A stretch of 64,000 nt of DNA from an uncultured Candidatus Saccharibacteria bacterium (GTDB lineage Bacteria; Patescibacteriota; Minisyncoccia; Phycocordibacterales; UBA2100). This document shows, one piece after another, positions 17,657-27,548 of this stretch. The stretch lies in the NCBI GenBank assembly GCA_964462785.1, contig CAYWZA010000001.1, positions 1,144-65,143 of the forward strand. Direction: 5' to 3'. Each line of letters opens with the position of its first letter. The first letter of the stretch is position 1. The position numbers were made by a program, and so were the translations under genes. The notes under the pieces are model-generated. The model did no database searches, had not been told where the DNA came from, and saw only the letters and a program-made list of their open reading frames with translations.

Positions 17657-18694
17657 ATGAAAAAATGTATTGTTCTTGATTTAGACAACACCCTTTGGGG
17701 CGGCATAATTGGGGAAGATGGGCCTGCTGGCATCGCCCTTTCCCACAAAGGGAAAGGTGCTGATTTCGTCGCTTTCCAACAAGCGCTTCTTGATATGTAT
17801 GACCGCGGGATCATCCTTGCCATTAACAGCAACAACAACCCTGACGACGCACTTGATGTCATTCGCACAAATCCGAACATGATTCTTAAGGAAAAGCATT
17901 TTGCTGCACATCGCATCAATTGGAACGATAAGGCGACAAATATGCGGGAACTCGCAAAAGAGCTGAACATCGGTCTCGATTCAATGGTATTTTTTGACGA
18001 TAGTCCTACAAATCGCCACGCAGTGCGCGGACTCCTGCTGGAAGTCGAGGTTCCGGAATTACCTGAAGATCCAGCCCTCTATACGAAAACTTTGCTTGGG
18101 CTTCCCTATTTCACAGGCAAAGCCATCACCGATGAGGACAAGATGCGTGGCAACCTCTACGTGACTGAGAGGCTCCGCAAAGAAGCGCAGGGAAACTTTT
18201 CAAGTCACGAGGAGTTTTTGAAAAGCCTCGGTCTCGAAGTACATGTCTTTCGCAACGACAACGAATCGCTTGAACGCCTTGCGCAACTCACCGAAAAAAC
18301 GAACCAATTTAATACCAACAAGCGCCCCTTATCTGTTGACGAGGTCCGAACTATCGTCGAGAGCGCCACACATGATGTGTTCCACGCCCGAGTGACCGAT
18401 CGGTTCGGCGACTACGGTATCACGGCAGTCGCATTCATCGAAAAACTTGGAAATCGGTGGCATATCGACACCCTCTTGATGAGTTGTCGAGTCCTCGGGC
18501 GCGGCATCGAACAGTCGTTCATGCGAGCCATTGCCACTGCCGCTGAAAAAGAAGGTGTGCATACTATCACCATCACATTCACGCCCACTGAGAAAAATGC
18601 CCCAGCGCGAACTTTTATTGAAAGCACTTTTACCGATGAAAAATTAATTACTTCGGAGACAGAGCTCCCTCCATGGATTACACTACAAGTATGA
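17657..18694 (+). CDS. FkbH-like HAD-IIIC domain protein (predicted glyceryl/acyl-ACP loading enzyme)
   Basis: N-terminal VLDLDNTLWGG (HAD subfamily IIIC/FkbH signature) plus a ~150-aa C-terminal GNAT-like/acyltransferase region. Confidence 0.7.
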   Translation: MKKCIVLDLDNTLWGGIIGEDGPAGIALSHKGKGADFVAFQQALLDMYDRGIILAINSNNNPDDALDVIRTNPNMILKEKHFAAHRINWNDKATNMRELAKELNIGLDSMVFFDDSPTNRHAVRGLLLEVEVPELPEDPALYTKTLLGLPYFTGKAITDEDKMRGNLYVTERLRKEAQGNFSSHEEFLKSLGLEVHVFRNDNESLERLAQLTEKTNQFNTNKRPLSVDEVRTIVESATHDVFHARVTDRFGDYGITAVAFIEKLGNRWHIDTLLMSCRVLGRGIEQSFMRAIATAAEKEGVHTITITFTPTEKNAPARTFIESTFTDEKLITSETELPPWITLQV

Positions 18695-18921
18695 AAAGCT
18701 TCAACGATATCGTTTTCGAACAACTCCATATCCCCAAGGAGGAGATTCAAGATACTTTGACCCCTAGTGACGTAGAGAATTGGGACTCCATGAATTATCT
18801 ACTCTTCATCGCGGAACTCGAAAAAGAATATAGCATCTCGTTCACAATGGACGAAGTGTTGTCTGCTCAATCATTGGGCGCAGTACGCACCATCGTGCAG
18901 GGAAAAGGAGTGACTGTATGA
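18691..18921 (+). CDS. Acyl carrier protein
   Basis: ~76 aa with the WDSMNYLLFIAELEKEY phosphopantetheine-attachment Ser motif (DSM). Its ATG at 18691 overlaps the FkbH-like stop (ATGA). The ORF track starts it at 18673. Confidence 0.75.
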   Translation: MKSFNDIVFEQLHIPKEEIQDTLTPSDVENWDSMNYLLFIAELEKEYSISFTMDEVLSAQSLGAVRTIVQGKGVTV

Positions 18922-19334
18922 ACGCCGCCGATCGTTCGTTCGAGTCGCTCATGGTCGGAGAGACTCACGCGGAAGAACATCATATAGATGAGCGTATGGT
19001 TGCGGCGTTTGCCGAACTCTCAGGTGATAAAAATCCCCTCCACACCGATGAAAGCTACGCGGCAACGACACCACTCAAGAGACCCGTTGCTCACGGCATG
19101 CTCTTGGGTGCACTGGTTTCCGAGATGGTCGGCATGCACATCCCTGGCAAGCGCTGCCTTATCGTCAAAATGTCACTATCGTTCCACCATCCAATATTCC
19201 CAGGAGATACCGTGCGTATCATAGGTACTATTGTGCACAAAAGCGAGGCGCTCCAGCTCCTTGAGATTAGTGTATCCGCAATGCGCGCGGATGAACTCGT
19301 TGCTGAGGGTATCGTACACACAAAAGTATTATGA
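18918..19334 (+). CDS. MaoC-like (hot-dog fold) dehydratase
   Basis: NPLHTDESYA matches the MaoC/(R)-hydratase motif (NPIHxDxxYA); ~138 aa, hot-dog size. Confidence 0.7.
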   Translation: MNAADRSFESLMVGETHAEEHHIDERMVAAFAELSGDKNPLHTDESYAATTPLKRPVAHGMLLGALVSEMVGMHIPGKRCLIVKMSLSFHHPIFPGDTVRIIGTIVHKSEALQLLEISVSAMRADELVAEGIVHTKVL

Positions 19335-20047
19335 AAAAGGAACGGAAACCGATTGCGCTTCTCACTGGTGGTTCCGGCTATGTCGGCACCGCTATCGCGC
19401 AAGAGCTCATCCGCCGCAACTTTCTTCCTATACTTCTCTCACGAAACCCGATCGCATTCGATGGTGCCGAGACTCGTTCATGTAACATTAGCAATGAGCG
19501 CGCGCTTGAATCGATTATAGAAGGCATCGTGGGTACGCATGGGCACATCGATGCCTGCATACATGCCGCGGTCGCGGCAACAACGAGAACAGCGCTCCTC
19601 GATACGCCTTCGGAAGCATTCGAAAATGAATTTTCCGTCTCGGTGCGTGGCGCATTTTTACTCGCCAAATATGCCGTGCCACACATGCCGAAGGATTCGA
19701 CATTCATCGGTATTACCACAGTGTCGATTGAAAAAGAAAAGCCTGACAGCCGCATCGGCGCATATCTGCCAGCGAAGCAAGCGCTCCGCACCCTGCTACG
19801 TGTACTCGCGACTGAACTCGTCTCGAAACGGATACGTGTCTACGCGGTAGCGCCACCTGTCCTCCCCGGCGGACTCAACAACAGCCTGCCTGAACCCGTC
19901 CGCAATCTCCTTTCAAGACAGAGCGATGGCAGCACTGCTTCAGCGGATGATGTCGCCCACATCGTAGCGGATTTATGCATAGACGCCACCGCTTTCCCGT
20001 CGGGAGTGTCGATTACCTCACCCTCGCGGGCTATCGCCTCATTGTAG
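19331..20047 (+). CDS. SDR-family reductase (ketoacyl-ACP-reductase-like)
   Basis: LLTGGSGYVGTAIA Rossmann motif and YLPAKQA (YxxxK). Confidence 0.7.
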   Translation: MKKERKPIALLTGGSGYVGTAIAQELIRRNFLPILLSRNPIAFDGAETRSCNISNERALESIIEGIVGTHGHIDACIHAAVAATTRTALLDTPSEAFENEFSVSVRGAFLLAKYAVPHMPKDSTFIGITTVSIEKEKPDSRIGAYLPAKQALRTLLRVLATELVSKRIRVYAVAPPVLPGGLNNSLPEPVRNLLSRQSDGSTASADDVAHIVADLCIDATAFPSGVSITSPSRAIASL

Positions 20048-20066
20048 TCAGCGCTATACTGCCTTC

Positions 20067-21833
20067 ATGTGCGGCATTATCGGCCTGATTGGGGGCAATC
20101 CTGAAACGCGCGAGAGTGCCGTCTCCCATGCGCTTTCTGCACTTGCGCGGCGCGGACCTGACGCACACGGCGTGGTTGATTTCCCAAACTCAACACTTGG
20201 TCATACAAGACTTTCTATCATCGACATTTCAACTGGCGGGCAACCGATGAAAGACCGCGCGACCGCAAATACGATCATTTTCAATGGCGAAATCTATAAC
20301 TATAAAGCACTCCGCACTAAACTTGAACATAAAGGGCATGCGTTTGCCACCACTTCTGACACCGAGGTGATTCTCAAGTGCTATGCCGAATACGGGGATA
20401 GTTGTCCGGAACATCTGGATGGTCAGTTTGCGTTTGCCATCTGGGATGATGCGCGACAGCGTCTGTTTATGGCTCGCGACCGCTTCGGAGAAAAACCGCT
20501 TTTCTACAGCCAGAGCGGGAGCATGTTTCTCTTTGCATCTGAGATCAAGGCGCTGCTTGCGACAGGATTGGTCAACACAACGCTCGACCGCACATCGCTC
20601 GACAACTATCTTGCCCTTTATTTCATCCCGCCATGGCGCAGTATCTATCGCGATATCACACCGCTCTTGCCTGCACACCGCGCTGTATACGAAAACGGCA
20701 CATTGAAAATAGAACGCTATTGGAAACTTGAACGCAAACCATTCGCTATTTCCTATGACGACGCGGCATTTCGCGTGCGGGAACTCCTTTCGCAATCCGC
20801 AGAAAGCAGGATGGTCGCTGATGTCGAAGTGGGCGTGTTCCTTTCCGGCGGTATTGATTCGAGTATTGTGACCGCGCTCGCCCAATCACACGCGAAGGGC
20901 AAACTTAAATCATTCTCTGCGGGGTTTGATGAGCATATCAACGAACTGCCCTATGCGCGCGAGGTTGCGGAGCATGTTGGCACCGATCATTACGAACGTA
21001 ATGTGCCCGTCCTCCTCGATGACATCCGCGCTGTCACGCGCTATTACGACGAGCCGATGGGTGATTCATCTAATGTACCAACTGCTCTCATATCAAAACT
21101 TGCGCGCGAAAAAGTGAAGGTCGCACTCTCTGGCGATGGCGGCGATGAATTATTTTTCGGCTACGGTCACTATCGCGCGCACTGGCATTTGCCTAAGATG
21201 AAGAAGCTCTTTGCGCTTCTCCTACGGTATGATCCGCATGCGCTGTATACGAGGAGCGGCATCACGATGTTCCGGCCTGCGGAGCGCGCACGCCTTTTCA
21301 GGGATGCGGGCGCGATTGAGACCGATCCGACAACGCGCGTAGATCTTTCCGCAGCAGAAACTCCTCTTCAGAAAATAAATCTATTGGACATATATTTGAA
21401 ACTTCCTGGCAACATGCTGACGAAAGTGGACCGTTCATCCATGATGCACTCACTTGAAGTGCGCAGTCCGTTTCTGAATCCCGAATTGGCGCAGTTCGCG
21501 TTTAATCTGCCTGATGAGTTCAAAACAGACCGCGGCCGCGGCAAACTCATTCTCGAGAAAGCATGCGGCGACCTCCTACCCCGCCCGGTGTTCCATCGAA
21601 AAAAACAGGGCTTCGGCGCGCCAGTGAAGCATTGGCTCAAAGAACCTGCTCTTGAAAAGTTACTGCGAGAAATGTTCGGAAGCGATGCGCGTGTGGGCGG
21701 TTTTTTGCGAATGGAAGCTGTGCACAGTTATATTAACGCGTTCTATGCGGGGGAGCCGGTTTCGTATAAGCTCTGGGTCCTCTTCGCGCTCGAACTCTGG
21801 ATGCGGGAACATGAAGGTCAGTATTCACTATAA
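20067..21833 (+). CDS. Asparagine synthetase B-like glutamine amidotransferase (WbpS-type sugar/acid amidotransferase candidate)
   Basis: N-terminal MCGIIGLIG (class-II GATase Cys2) and the PP-loop SGGIDSS of the asparagine-synthase domain; 588 aa. Confidence 0.85.
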   Translation: MCGIIGLIGGNPETRESAVSHALSALARRGPDAHGVVDFPNSTLGHTRLSIIDISTGGQPMKDRATANTIIFNGEIYNYKALRTKLEHKGHAFATTSDTEVILKCYAEYGDSCPEHLDGQFAFAIWDDARQRLFMARDRFGEKPLFYSQSGSMFLFASEIKALLATGLVNTTLDRTSLDNYLALYFIPPWRSIYRDITPLLPAHRAVYENGTLKIERYWKLERKPFAISYDDAAFRVRELLSQSAESRMVADVEVGVFLSGGIDSSIVTALAQSHAKGKLKSFSAGFDEHINELPYAREVAEHVGTDHYERNVPVLLDDIRAVTRYYDEPMGDSSNVPTALISKLAREKVKVALSGDGGDELFFGYGHYRAHWHLPKMKKLFALLLRYDPHALYTRSGITMFRPAERARLFRDAGAIETDPTTRVDLSAAETPLQKINLLDIYLKLPGNMLTKVDRSSMMHSLEVRSPFLNPELAQFAFNLPDEFKTDRGRGKLILEKACGDLLPRPVFHRKKQGFGAPVKHWLKEPALEKLLREMFGSDARVGGFLRMEAVHSYINAFYAGEPVSYKLWVLFALELWMREHEGQYSL

Positions 21834-21835
21834 CT

Positions 21836-22990
21836 ATGTTTGATATCCGCTATCTTGTCCGCAGGATCCTCCATGAAATGCGCGGCAATGTTGTACATCT
21901 CTCACCGCAACACGCGCCCCGCGGATCAGTGTTGGTATCCTACACGACGCTTCCCTATATAGATCGGCGGGCTAGGGTCTTGGATGCGCACACCAACCGC
22001 TGGGAATGCATGCAGATGGCACAAACATTTCTCGATCGCGGATATGCGGTCGATGTCATTGATTCAACAGACAAGACGTTCGTGCCCAAAAAAGCATACG
22101 CCTATTTTATTGATGTCGGTACCAATATGGATCGTGTCGCTCCGCATTTGAATTCAGATTGCGTGAAGGTATTTTTCAACACACATTCACACTGGCATTT
22201 CCAAAACGAAGCCGAGCGCGCACGTTTGGACAATATTGAAAAGCGTCGCGGCATTCGCATACCTCCTACACGAGAACTTCCTCCGGAACATGCGATCGAG
22301 TTATGTGACGCCGCGGCTTCACTCGGTAATGACGCTTCGATTGGCACCTATGCATTTGCAGGTAAACCAATCACGTCCATTCCTCTTTCGACCACGCATG
22401 TGTACCCGTCGCCTGAATCGAAGAATTTTGAAAAAGCACGCGCACGTTTCATCTGGTTCGGCGGCGCGGGCCTCGCACACAAAGGACTTGATCTCGTACT
22501 TGAGGCATTTGCCACGATGCCTGAATATCATCTCATGGTGTGCGGCAAAGTAAGCCCGCACGATCCATTCGTACAGACATACATGCACGAACTCTATGAA
22601 CTGCCCAATATACAAACACTCGGCTGGACCGATCCCGGTAGCGTCCAGTTCAAAAAAATCTGCGAGGAATCGCTCGGCATCGTTTATCCCTCATGCGCTG
22701 AGGGGTGTGCTGGTAGTGTCGTATTGTGTATGCATGCGGGCCTCATTCCTATCGTAAGTAAAGAATCAGGCATTGATACCGGATCATTCGGGATAACACT
22801 TCGCGAAAATACGATCCAAGCAATACAAACAGCAGTGCGAGAGCTGTCTTCCACCTCGCCAGAGGCGCTCAAATCGAAAGCGGTGGCGACGTGGACATAT
22901 GCGCGCGAACATCACACCCGTGAAAAATTTACATCTGCATTTGAAGGCTTTGTTGATATGCTGGAGGACGCATACAAAAAACGACCATGA
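21836..22990 (+). CDS. GT-B fold glycosyltransferase (GT4-like)
   Basis: C-terminal SCAEGCAGSVVLCMHAGLIPIVS (EX7E-like motif region of retaining GT4 enzymes); 384 aa. Confidence 0.6.
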   Translation: MFDIRYLVRRILHEMRGNVVHLSPQHAPRGSVLVSYTTLPYIDRRARVLDAHTNRWECMQMAQTFLDRGYAVDVIDSTDKTFVPKKAYAYFIDVGTNMDRVAPHLNSDCVKVFFNTHSHWHFQNEAERARLDNIEKRRGIRIPPTRELPPEHAIELCDAAASLGNDASIGTYAFAGKPITSIPLSTTHVYPSPESKNFEKARARFIWFGGAGLAHKGLDLVLEAFATMPEYHLMVCGKVSPHDPFVQTYMHELYELPNIQTLGWTDPGSVQFKKICEESLGIVYPSCAEGCAGSVVLCMHAGLIPIVSKESGIDTGSFGITLRENTIQAIQTAVRELSSTSPEALKSKAVATWTYAREHHTREKFTSAFEGFVDMLEDAYKKRP

Positions 22991-23844
22991 ACAATCCCCT
23001 CATTTCTGTAGTAATTCCGGTATGGAATGACGAAGAACATATCGCACGGGCAGTGAATTCTATGCGGGTCCAGACATATAAAAATCTGGAGATCATCGTG
23101 GTCGACGACGGTTCAACCGACGGCACAAAAGCCATCATCGAAGCCATCGCCAAAGAAGACCCGCGCGTGCAATATCATTATCACCACGACGTGAAAGAAC
23201 AGCGAAAGAACTGGCGCGGATATGACATCAATGCCGGATATGCCGCGCGCAATTATGGTTTTAAAATTGCAAAAGGTGAGTGGTTAACAACACAGGATTC
23301 CGACGACGCATCATTCCTGAACCGTGTCGAGACACAATACAAACTTGCTGAAAAATACAACGCAACTTTGGTAACCATTCAGTGGTATCAATTGCGTGAC
23401 GAGCTGTTGACGAAGCAACTCCATGTCGAACGCATCTTCAGAGAACGAGGCGAGGAAGCAGTCGTGATACGACCCGAAGAAATCACGAGGCTCGCACACG
23501 ACATCCGCGGGCCGCTGATGATAGAGCCCGTGCATCGACTCATCCCTTTCCCTATCAAATGGTTTCCCTACACGCGAAAACTATTCTATCGTGATACACC
23601 TCCCTATCCGGGCGCAGACAACGCAATGTTCTTCCACAAAAGTGTTCGTGATGCCGGCATCTATCTGCGTCATCGCAATGAACGTACATGGGGGGTACCA
23701 AGTGGACGTGGTAGCGGGCGCGATTTCGTTTTTCGTGTCGCGCATGAACTTAAAAACAGCTGGTCATTCCGTTTGCCGCTTTACTTATGGGACGTTAAAG
23801 CACAAAATGCAGAATATACTGACTACGCGAAATATGTGATATGA
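22987..23844 (+). CDS. GT2 glycosyltransferase
   Basis: ISVVIPVWNDEEHIARAVNS…IIVVDDGSTDGT (GT-A fold, DxD region); overlaps neighbours by 4 nt. Confidence 0.85.
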   Translation: MNNPLISVVIPVWNDEEHIARAVNSMRVQTYKNLEIIVVDDGSTDGTKAIIEAIAKEDPRVQYHYHHDVKEQRKNWRGYDINAGYAARNYGFKIAKGEWLTTQDSDDASFLNRVETQYKLAEKYNATLVTIQWYQLRDELLTKQLHVERIFRERGEEAVVIRPEEITRLAHDIRGPLMIEPVHRLIPFPIKWFPYTRKLFYRDTPPYPGADNAMFFHKSVRDAGIYLRHRNERTWGVPSGRGSGRDFVFRVAHELKNSWSFRLPLYLWDVKAQNAEYTDYAKYVI

Positions 23845-24755
23845 AATTCTCTATCGTTACTCCTGCATACAAAGCCGAACAGTGGGTCGCCGAAACCATT
23901 GAATCAGTGATCTCGCAGGCGGGCGATTTTGAGATCGAATACATCTTTGTCGTCGATCCTTCCGATGATAAAACAGAAGATATCGCAAAAGAATATGAGC
24001 GGCGCGTTCTTTCTGGAACCTATCCTATCCATGCGCAAAAAGTGACGATGCAGGTCTTCCGCCCAGAAACGCGCGCCGGCATGTATACAGCTCTAAATGC
24101 GGGTTTTGCGCGCACTACTGGCGAGATACAAGCGTGGATTCCTGCGGACGATAAGTACGAGCCCGCCTCATTTCAAGCCGTTGCGAACGTCTTTACAGCA
24201 TACCCGCATATTGAATGGCTGCGGGGCAATACGGCAATTATTGACGAAAGCAGCCATGTCATCCATACGGGTCGCTGTCAGTTATTCTATCAACCATGGA
24301 TTCGTGCCGGCATATACGGCATGGAGGCATATCATGTCGACCAGCCAAGCGTTTTCTGGCGTTCATCGCTCTGGAAAAAGGGTGGTCCATTTCCTCCGAC
24401 ATTCAAAAGTATGGGCGACTATTGGCTTTGGACATCGTTCGCAAAATACGCGCAGCTCTGGACAATAGATGCTACTGTAAGTTTGTATCGCAAACAGCCC
24501 GGGCAAGACAGCGTCGTAAACGCTGCACGTTGCCGAAAGCAGATGTGGGAAGTGCGGAGAAACAAACGCCCTCTCATCGCATGGATGCCCCGATTCTACT
24601 TCTATCCGTACTTTCACTTAGTACCCGCAGCGCTGAAACCTTTCATGGAAAAACTCTACCCCGTTTTCTTTCCTCACCACCCGCGCGAATACATCACGTT
24701 CGAAAATGCAAAGCCAGTGAAGCGCGTCATGCAATCTTTCGTGCTGCATCATTAA
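23841..24755 (+). CDS. GT2 glycosyltransferase
   Basis: FSIVTPAYKAEQWVAETIESV…FVVDPSDDKTEDI, GT2 N-terminal architecture. Confidence 0.8.
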   Translation: MKFSIVTPAYKAEQWVAETIESVISQAGDFEIEYIFVVDPSDDKTEDIAKEYERRVLSGTYPIHAQKVTMQVFRPETRAGMYTALNAGFARTTGEIQAWIPADDKYEPASFQAVANVFTAYPHIEWLRGNTAIIDESSHVIHTGRCQLFYQPWIRAGIYGMEAYHVDQPSVFWRSSLWKKGGPFPPTFKSMGDYWLWTSFAKYAQLWTIDATVSLYRKQPGQDSVVNAARCRKQMWEVRRNKRPLIAWMPRFYFYPYFHLVPAALKPFMEKLYPVFFPHHPREYITFENAKPVKRVMQSFVLHH

Positions 24756-24760
24756 CGAAC

Positions 24761-25459
24761 ATGTTCATGCGCATTAAAAAAATCCTACGCTCATTCGGCT
24801 ATGATGTCCGTCGGCATCATTCGCTATATGAAACGGTACTGAGGCATCACCAGATTCAAACCATTCTGGATATCGGTGCAAATGATGGGCACTGGTCGCA
24901 CGACATGCGCATGTTGTTCCCGCGAGCGCAAATTTATGCGTTTGAGCCACTCAAAGACTGTTTTGAGCGTATGGTACAAACATTTGAGGGCGACAAAAAA
25001 TTCTGTGGCTACAATGTCGGCCTCAGTGACACCGACTCGATCACCGATATTGAACGCAGTTCATTTCACCCGAGCTCGTCGATGCTCCAGATGTCGGCAT
25101 TACATAAAGAACTCTATCCAAAAAGCAAACATATCACGCATGAGCGCATTGTGCTGCGCCGCCTCGACTCAGTGCAGGAAGAAATGAATCTCACTCCAGG
25201 TGTTCTCATCAAAATGGACGTACAGGGCTTTGAGGATAAAGTAATTGCCGGCGGATTGGAAACCTTCAAAAGAGCAGAGGTGATTATTTCGGAAACAGCA
25301 TTTGTCACACTCTATGAGCATCAACCTCTCTTCGGCGACATTCACGATCAATTGCGCAAGCTAGGATTCGTCTATCGCGGCAACTGCGGCGAACATTTTT
25401 CCTCGAAAACAGGCGAGCGCATCTACGAAGATTCTATTTTTGTTCGAAGAGACGCTTGA
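24761..25459 (+). CDS. FkbM-family SAM-dependent methyltransferase
   Basis: ILDIGANDGHWS…AFEP is the FkbM (Methyltransf_21) signature. The ORF begins at 24296 inside the upstream GT2; the ATG at 24761 sits 6 nt after that gene's stop. Confidence 0.75.
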   Translation: MFMRIKKILRSFGYDVRRHHSLYETVLRHHQIQTILDIGANDGHWSHDMRMLFPRAQIYAFEPLKDCFERMVQTFEGDKKFCGYNVGLSDTDSITDIERSSFHPSSSMLQMSALHKELYPKSKHITHERIVLRRLDSVQEEMNLTPGVLIKMDVQGFEDKVIAGGLETFKRAEVIISETAFVTLYEHQPLFGDIHDQLRKLGFVYRGNCGEHFSSKTGERIYEDSIFVRRDA

Positions 25460-26504
25460 TATAAGCTGCGAGTTCCCCCGCCATCTTCTCTGCATCAAGA
25501 TGTTCCACGGCATATACCCGCGCTGCTTTTCCAAGCCGAAGGCGTTTCTCGCCATTTGCCAACAATTCTTCGATTGCTGCACGCATTGCTGGGACATCCT
25601 TCTCGGGCACCAGCAATCCTGTCTTTCCGTTTTCGATGAACGAAGCCATCGCGCTCGTGTGCGATGCGACAACGGGCTTTCCCATCGCGAGCGCCTCCTG
25701 AACGACAGAGACCCCCATTGCATCGTTAAGTCCACTCGAAGTGTCGAGCGGGATCGCTACAATCATGGAGCGCGCATATTCGCGCCGCATCTCTTCGTTA
25801 GTTAAGCGCTTGTGCACGACATATGACGGTAGTGGGCCCATGCCTTGCACGCGATGTTCATAGGTAGTGAATCGAACTGTCACATCAAGCCCTTCGCATG
25901 CGGCGAAAAGTGTTCTGTAGTCACGATCTGGATCAGTCCCCGGCACGAATATCTGTTTTATTTCCGGCTCGTCCAATGGTTTGAAAAAATTAGTATCAAG
26001 ACCATACGGGATGAACGCAATGCGCTTCGCGAGATGCGGGAAACGCTTCTTCAGGCGCTCCGCTTCGCCGATATCGAGCGTCACGATACCGCCGCACCGC
26101 GCCACCATGAAGCTGAATATTTTCTGTCGGAGTGTCTCCTCCTTCCCAAGAAGTCCCATGATGCTGAAATCGAACATCACCCATATCGGCCGCCTGAATC
26201 GAAAGACCGACTGTGCCATCGTGAAAAAAAGTTGGCTGCCAAAAGCACCTGCAGTGTAGATGACGTCGTAAGAGAAAAAATTAAAGAAAAACGGTAAGTG
26301 CGCAACATATGAACTCAATACCCATCGACGCAGAAATCGACACAACGGGAGCGGGAGGAACTGCTCAAGCTCGAGAAACTCAGCTTCGACACCGAATTTC
26401 GGTAATCTGAGCATGCCCCAAAAGCCATTCCCAAGATCATCCCCGCGCTTTACAGCCTCGAGTGTCTGCGACCGGGTGCCGGTAAACAGATATAGCACGC
26501 GCAT
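25434..26504 (-). CDS. GT4 glycosyltransferase
   Basis: C-terminal EALAMGKPVVAS…ENGKTGLLV (GT4 E-X7-E region); 356 aa. Confidence 0.8.
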   Translation of the reverse strand: MRVLYLFTGTRSQTLEAVKRGDDLGNGFWGMLRLPKFGVEAEFLELEQFLPLPLCRFLRRWVLSSYVAHLPFFFNFFSYDVIYTAGAFGSQLFFTMAQSVFRFRRPIWVMFDFSIMGLLGKEETLRQKIFSFMVARCGGIVTLDIGEAERLKKRFPHLAKRIAFIPYGLDTNFFKPLDEPEIKQIFVPGTDPDRDYRTLFAACEGLDVTVRFTTYEHRVQGMGPLPSYVVHKRLTNEEMRREYARSMIVAIPLDTSSGLNDAMGVSVVQEALAMGKPVVASHTSAMASFIENGKTGLLVPEKDVPAMRAAIEELLANGEKRLRLGKAARVYAVEHLDAEKMAGELAAYIKRLFEQK

Positions 26505-26550
26505 GCTCGTTATTCTGAATGTTTATCAGACCTTTTGCAACGGACGGAAA

Positions 26551-27477
26551 ATGAGGCACTATATGGATGTGCAATACCCTAAGATTTCCATCGTCACCCA
26601 GTGTTTTAATCGCGAGGAGTATATCGCGGAGACTATTGAGTCTGTGATTTCTCAAGGCTACCCTAATCTCGAATATATCGTTATCGATGACAATTCATCT
26701 GACAGAAGCTGGGAGATCATACAGCGCTATAAGGATAAAATCACACATGCTGAGCGACTCGCAGGAACCCGCTCATCACCTATCGAAGCATATAATTACG
26801 CACTTTCTAAAACGACAGGCGAAATAATGGCAACGCTCAACGACAAGAATAAATACATGCCGAAAAGTCTCTTCGCCGTCGCAAAGGTCTTTTCACGCTT
26901 TCCCGACATTGAGTGGCTCACAGGGATCGGGCTGCTTCTCGATGCAGATGGCATTATCACTGGCGTTCTTCCCGTCCGCCGGGATTTCTATGAGCACATG
27001 ATCAAGGTGCCTTGGAATATGCAGCACGAATCGACATTCTGGCGACGATCACTGTGGGAGCGCACTGGTGCACAATTTGATCCAGAATTTCCCTGGGCAT
27101 TCGACCTTGGCCTTTGGAGAAAGTTCTTCTTTGCGGCTAAACTCTACCATCTCAACACCATCCTCGGCGCGTATCGTAAGCTACCGACCGCACAGAGCAC
27201 CGCCCGGAAAAATGAATTTTATACTTACTGTGATAAGGCGCGTAACGATATGCGCGCGCAAGCAAGCTGGGGCGATCTTTATTACACTGAACTCTACCGC
27301 GCGCTCCGTCCATTCAAACCAATACTTAGAAACATCCCTGACGCCGCCTGGGCACATATACCAATCCTGGAAAAACTTTCGCATGAGGCCATATCCTTTC
27401 AAAATCTGAATCGACCCGATCTGCCACAGTTCAAACGCTACAAACGAAATCCATTCCGGACCATGTTTCCGTGGTAG
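26551..27477 (+). CDS. GT2 glycosyltransferase
   Basis: ISIVTQCFNREEYIAETIESVISQGYPNLEYIVIDDNSSD. The ORF begins at 26413; I prefer MRHYMDV at 26551, divergent from the GT4 that starts at 26504. Confidence 0.8.
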   Translation: MRHYMDVQYPKISIVTQCFNREEYIAETIESVISQGYPNLEYIVIDDNSSDRSWEIIQRYKDKITHAERLAGTRSSPIEAYNYALSKTTGEIMATLNDKNKYMPKSLFAVAKVFSRFPDIEWLTGIGLLLDADGIITGVLPVRRDFYEHMIKVPWNMQHESTFWRRSLWERTGAQFDPEFPWAFDLGLWRKFFFAAKLYHLNTILGAYRKLPTAQSTARKNEFYTYCDKARNDMRAQASWGDLYYTELYRALRPFKPILRNIPDAAWAHIPILEKLSHEAISFQNLNRPDLPQFKRYKRNPFRTMFPW

Positions 27478-27548
27478 ATTTCACTACAAAATATCTAAAA
27501 ATCAAGGATGCATATGGCATCCATTTCGCTTACTATGACCCAACAACT

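Noticed and set aside
24296-24760. N-terminal 155 codons of ORF 24296..25459, which would overlap the GT2 gene 23841..24755 in another frame
   Set aside because: The FkbM methyltransferase homology begins only at MFMRIKK (24761), 6 nt after the upstream gene's stop. The overlapping part has no motif support.
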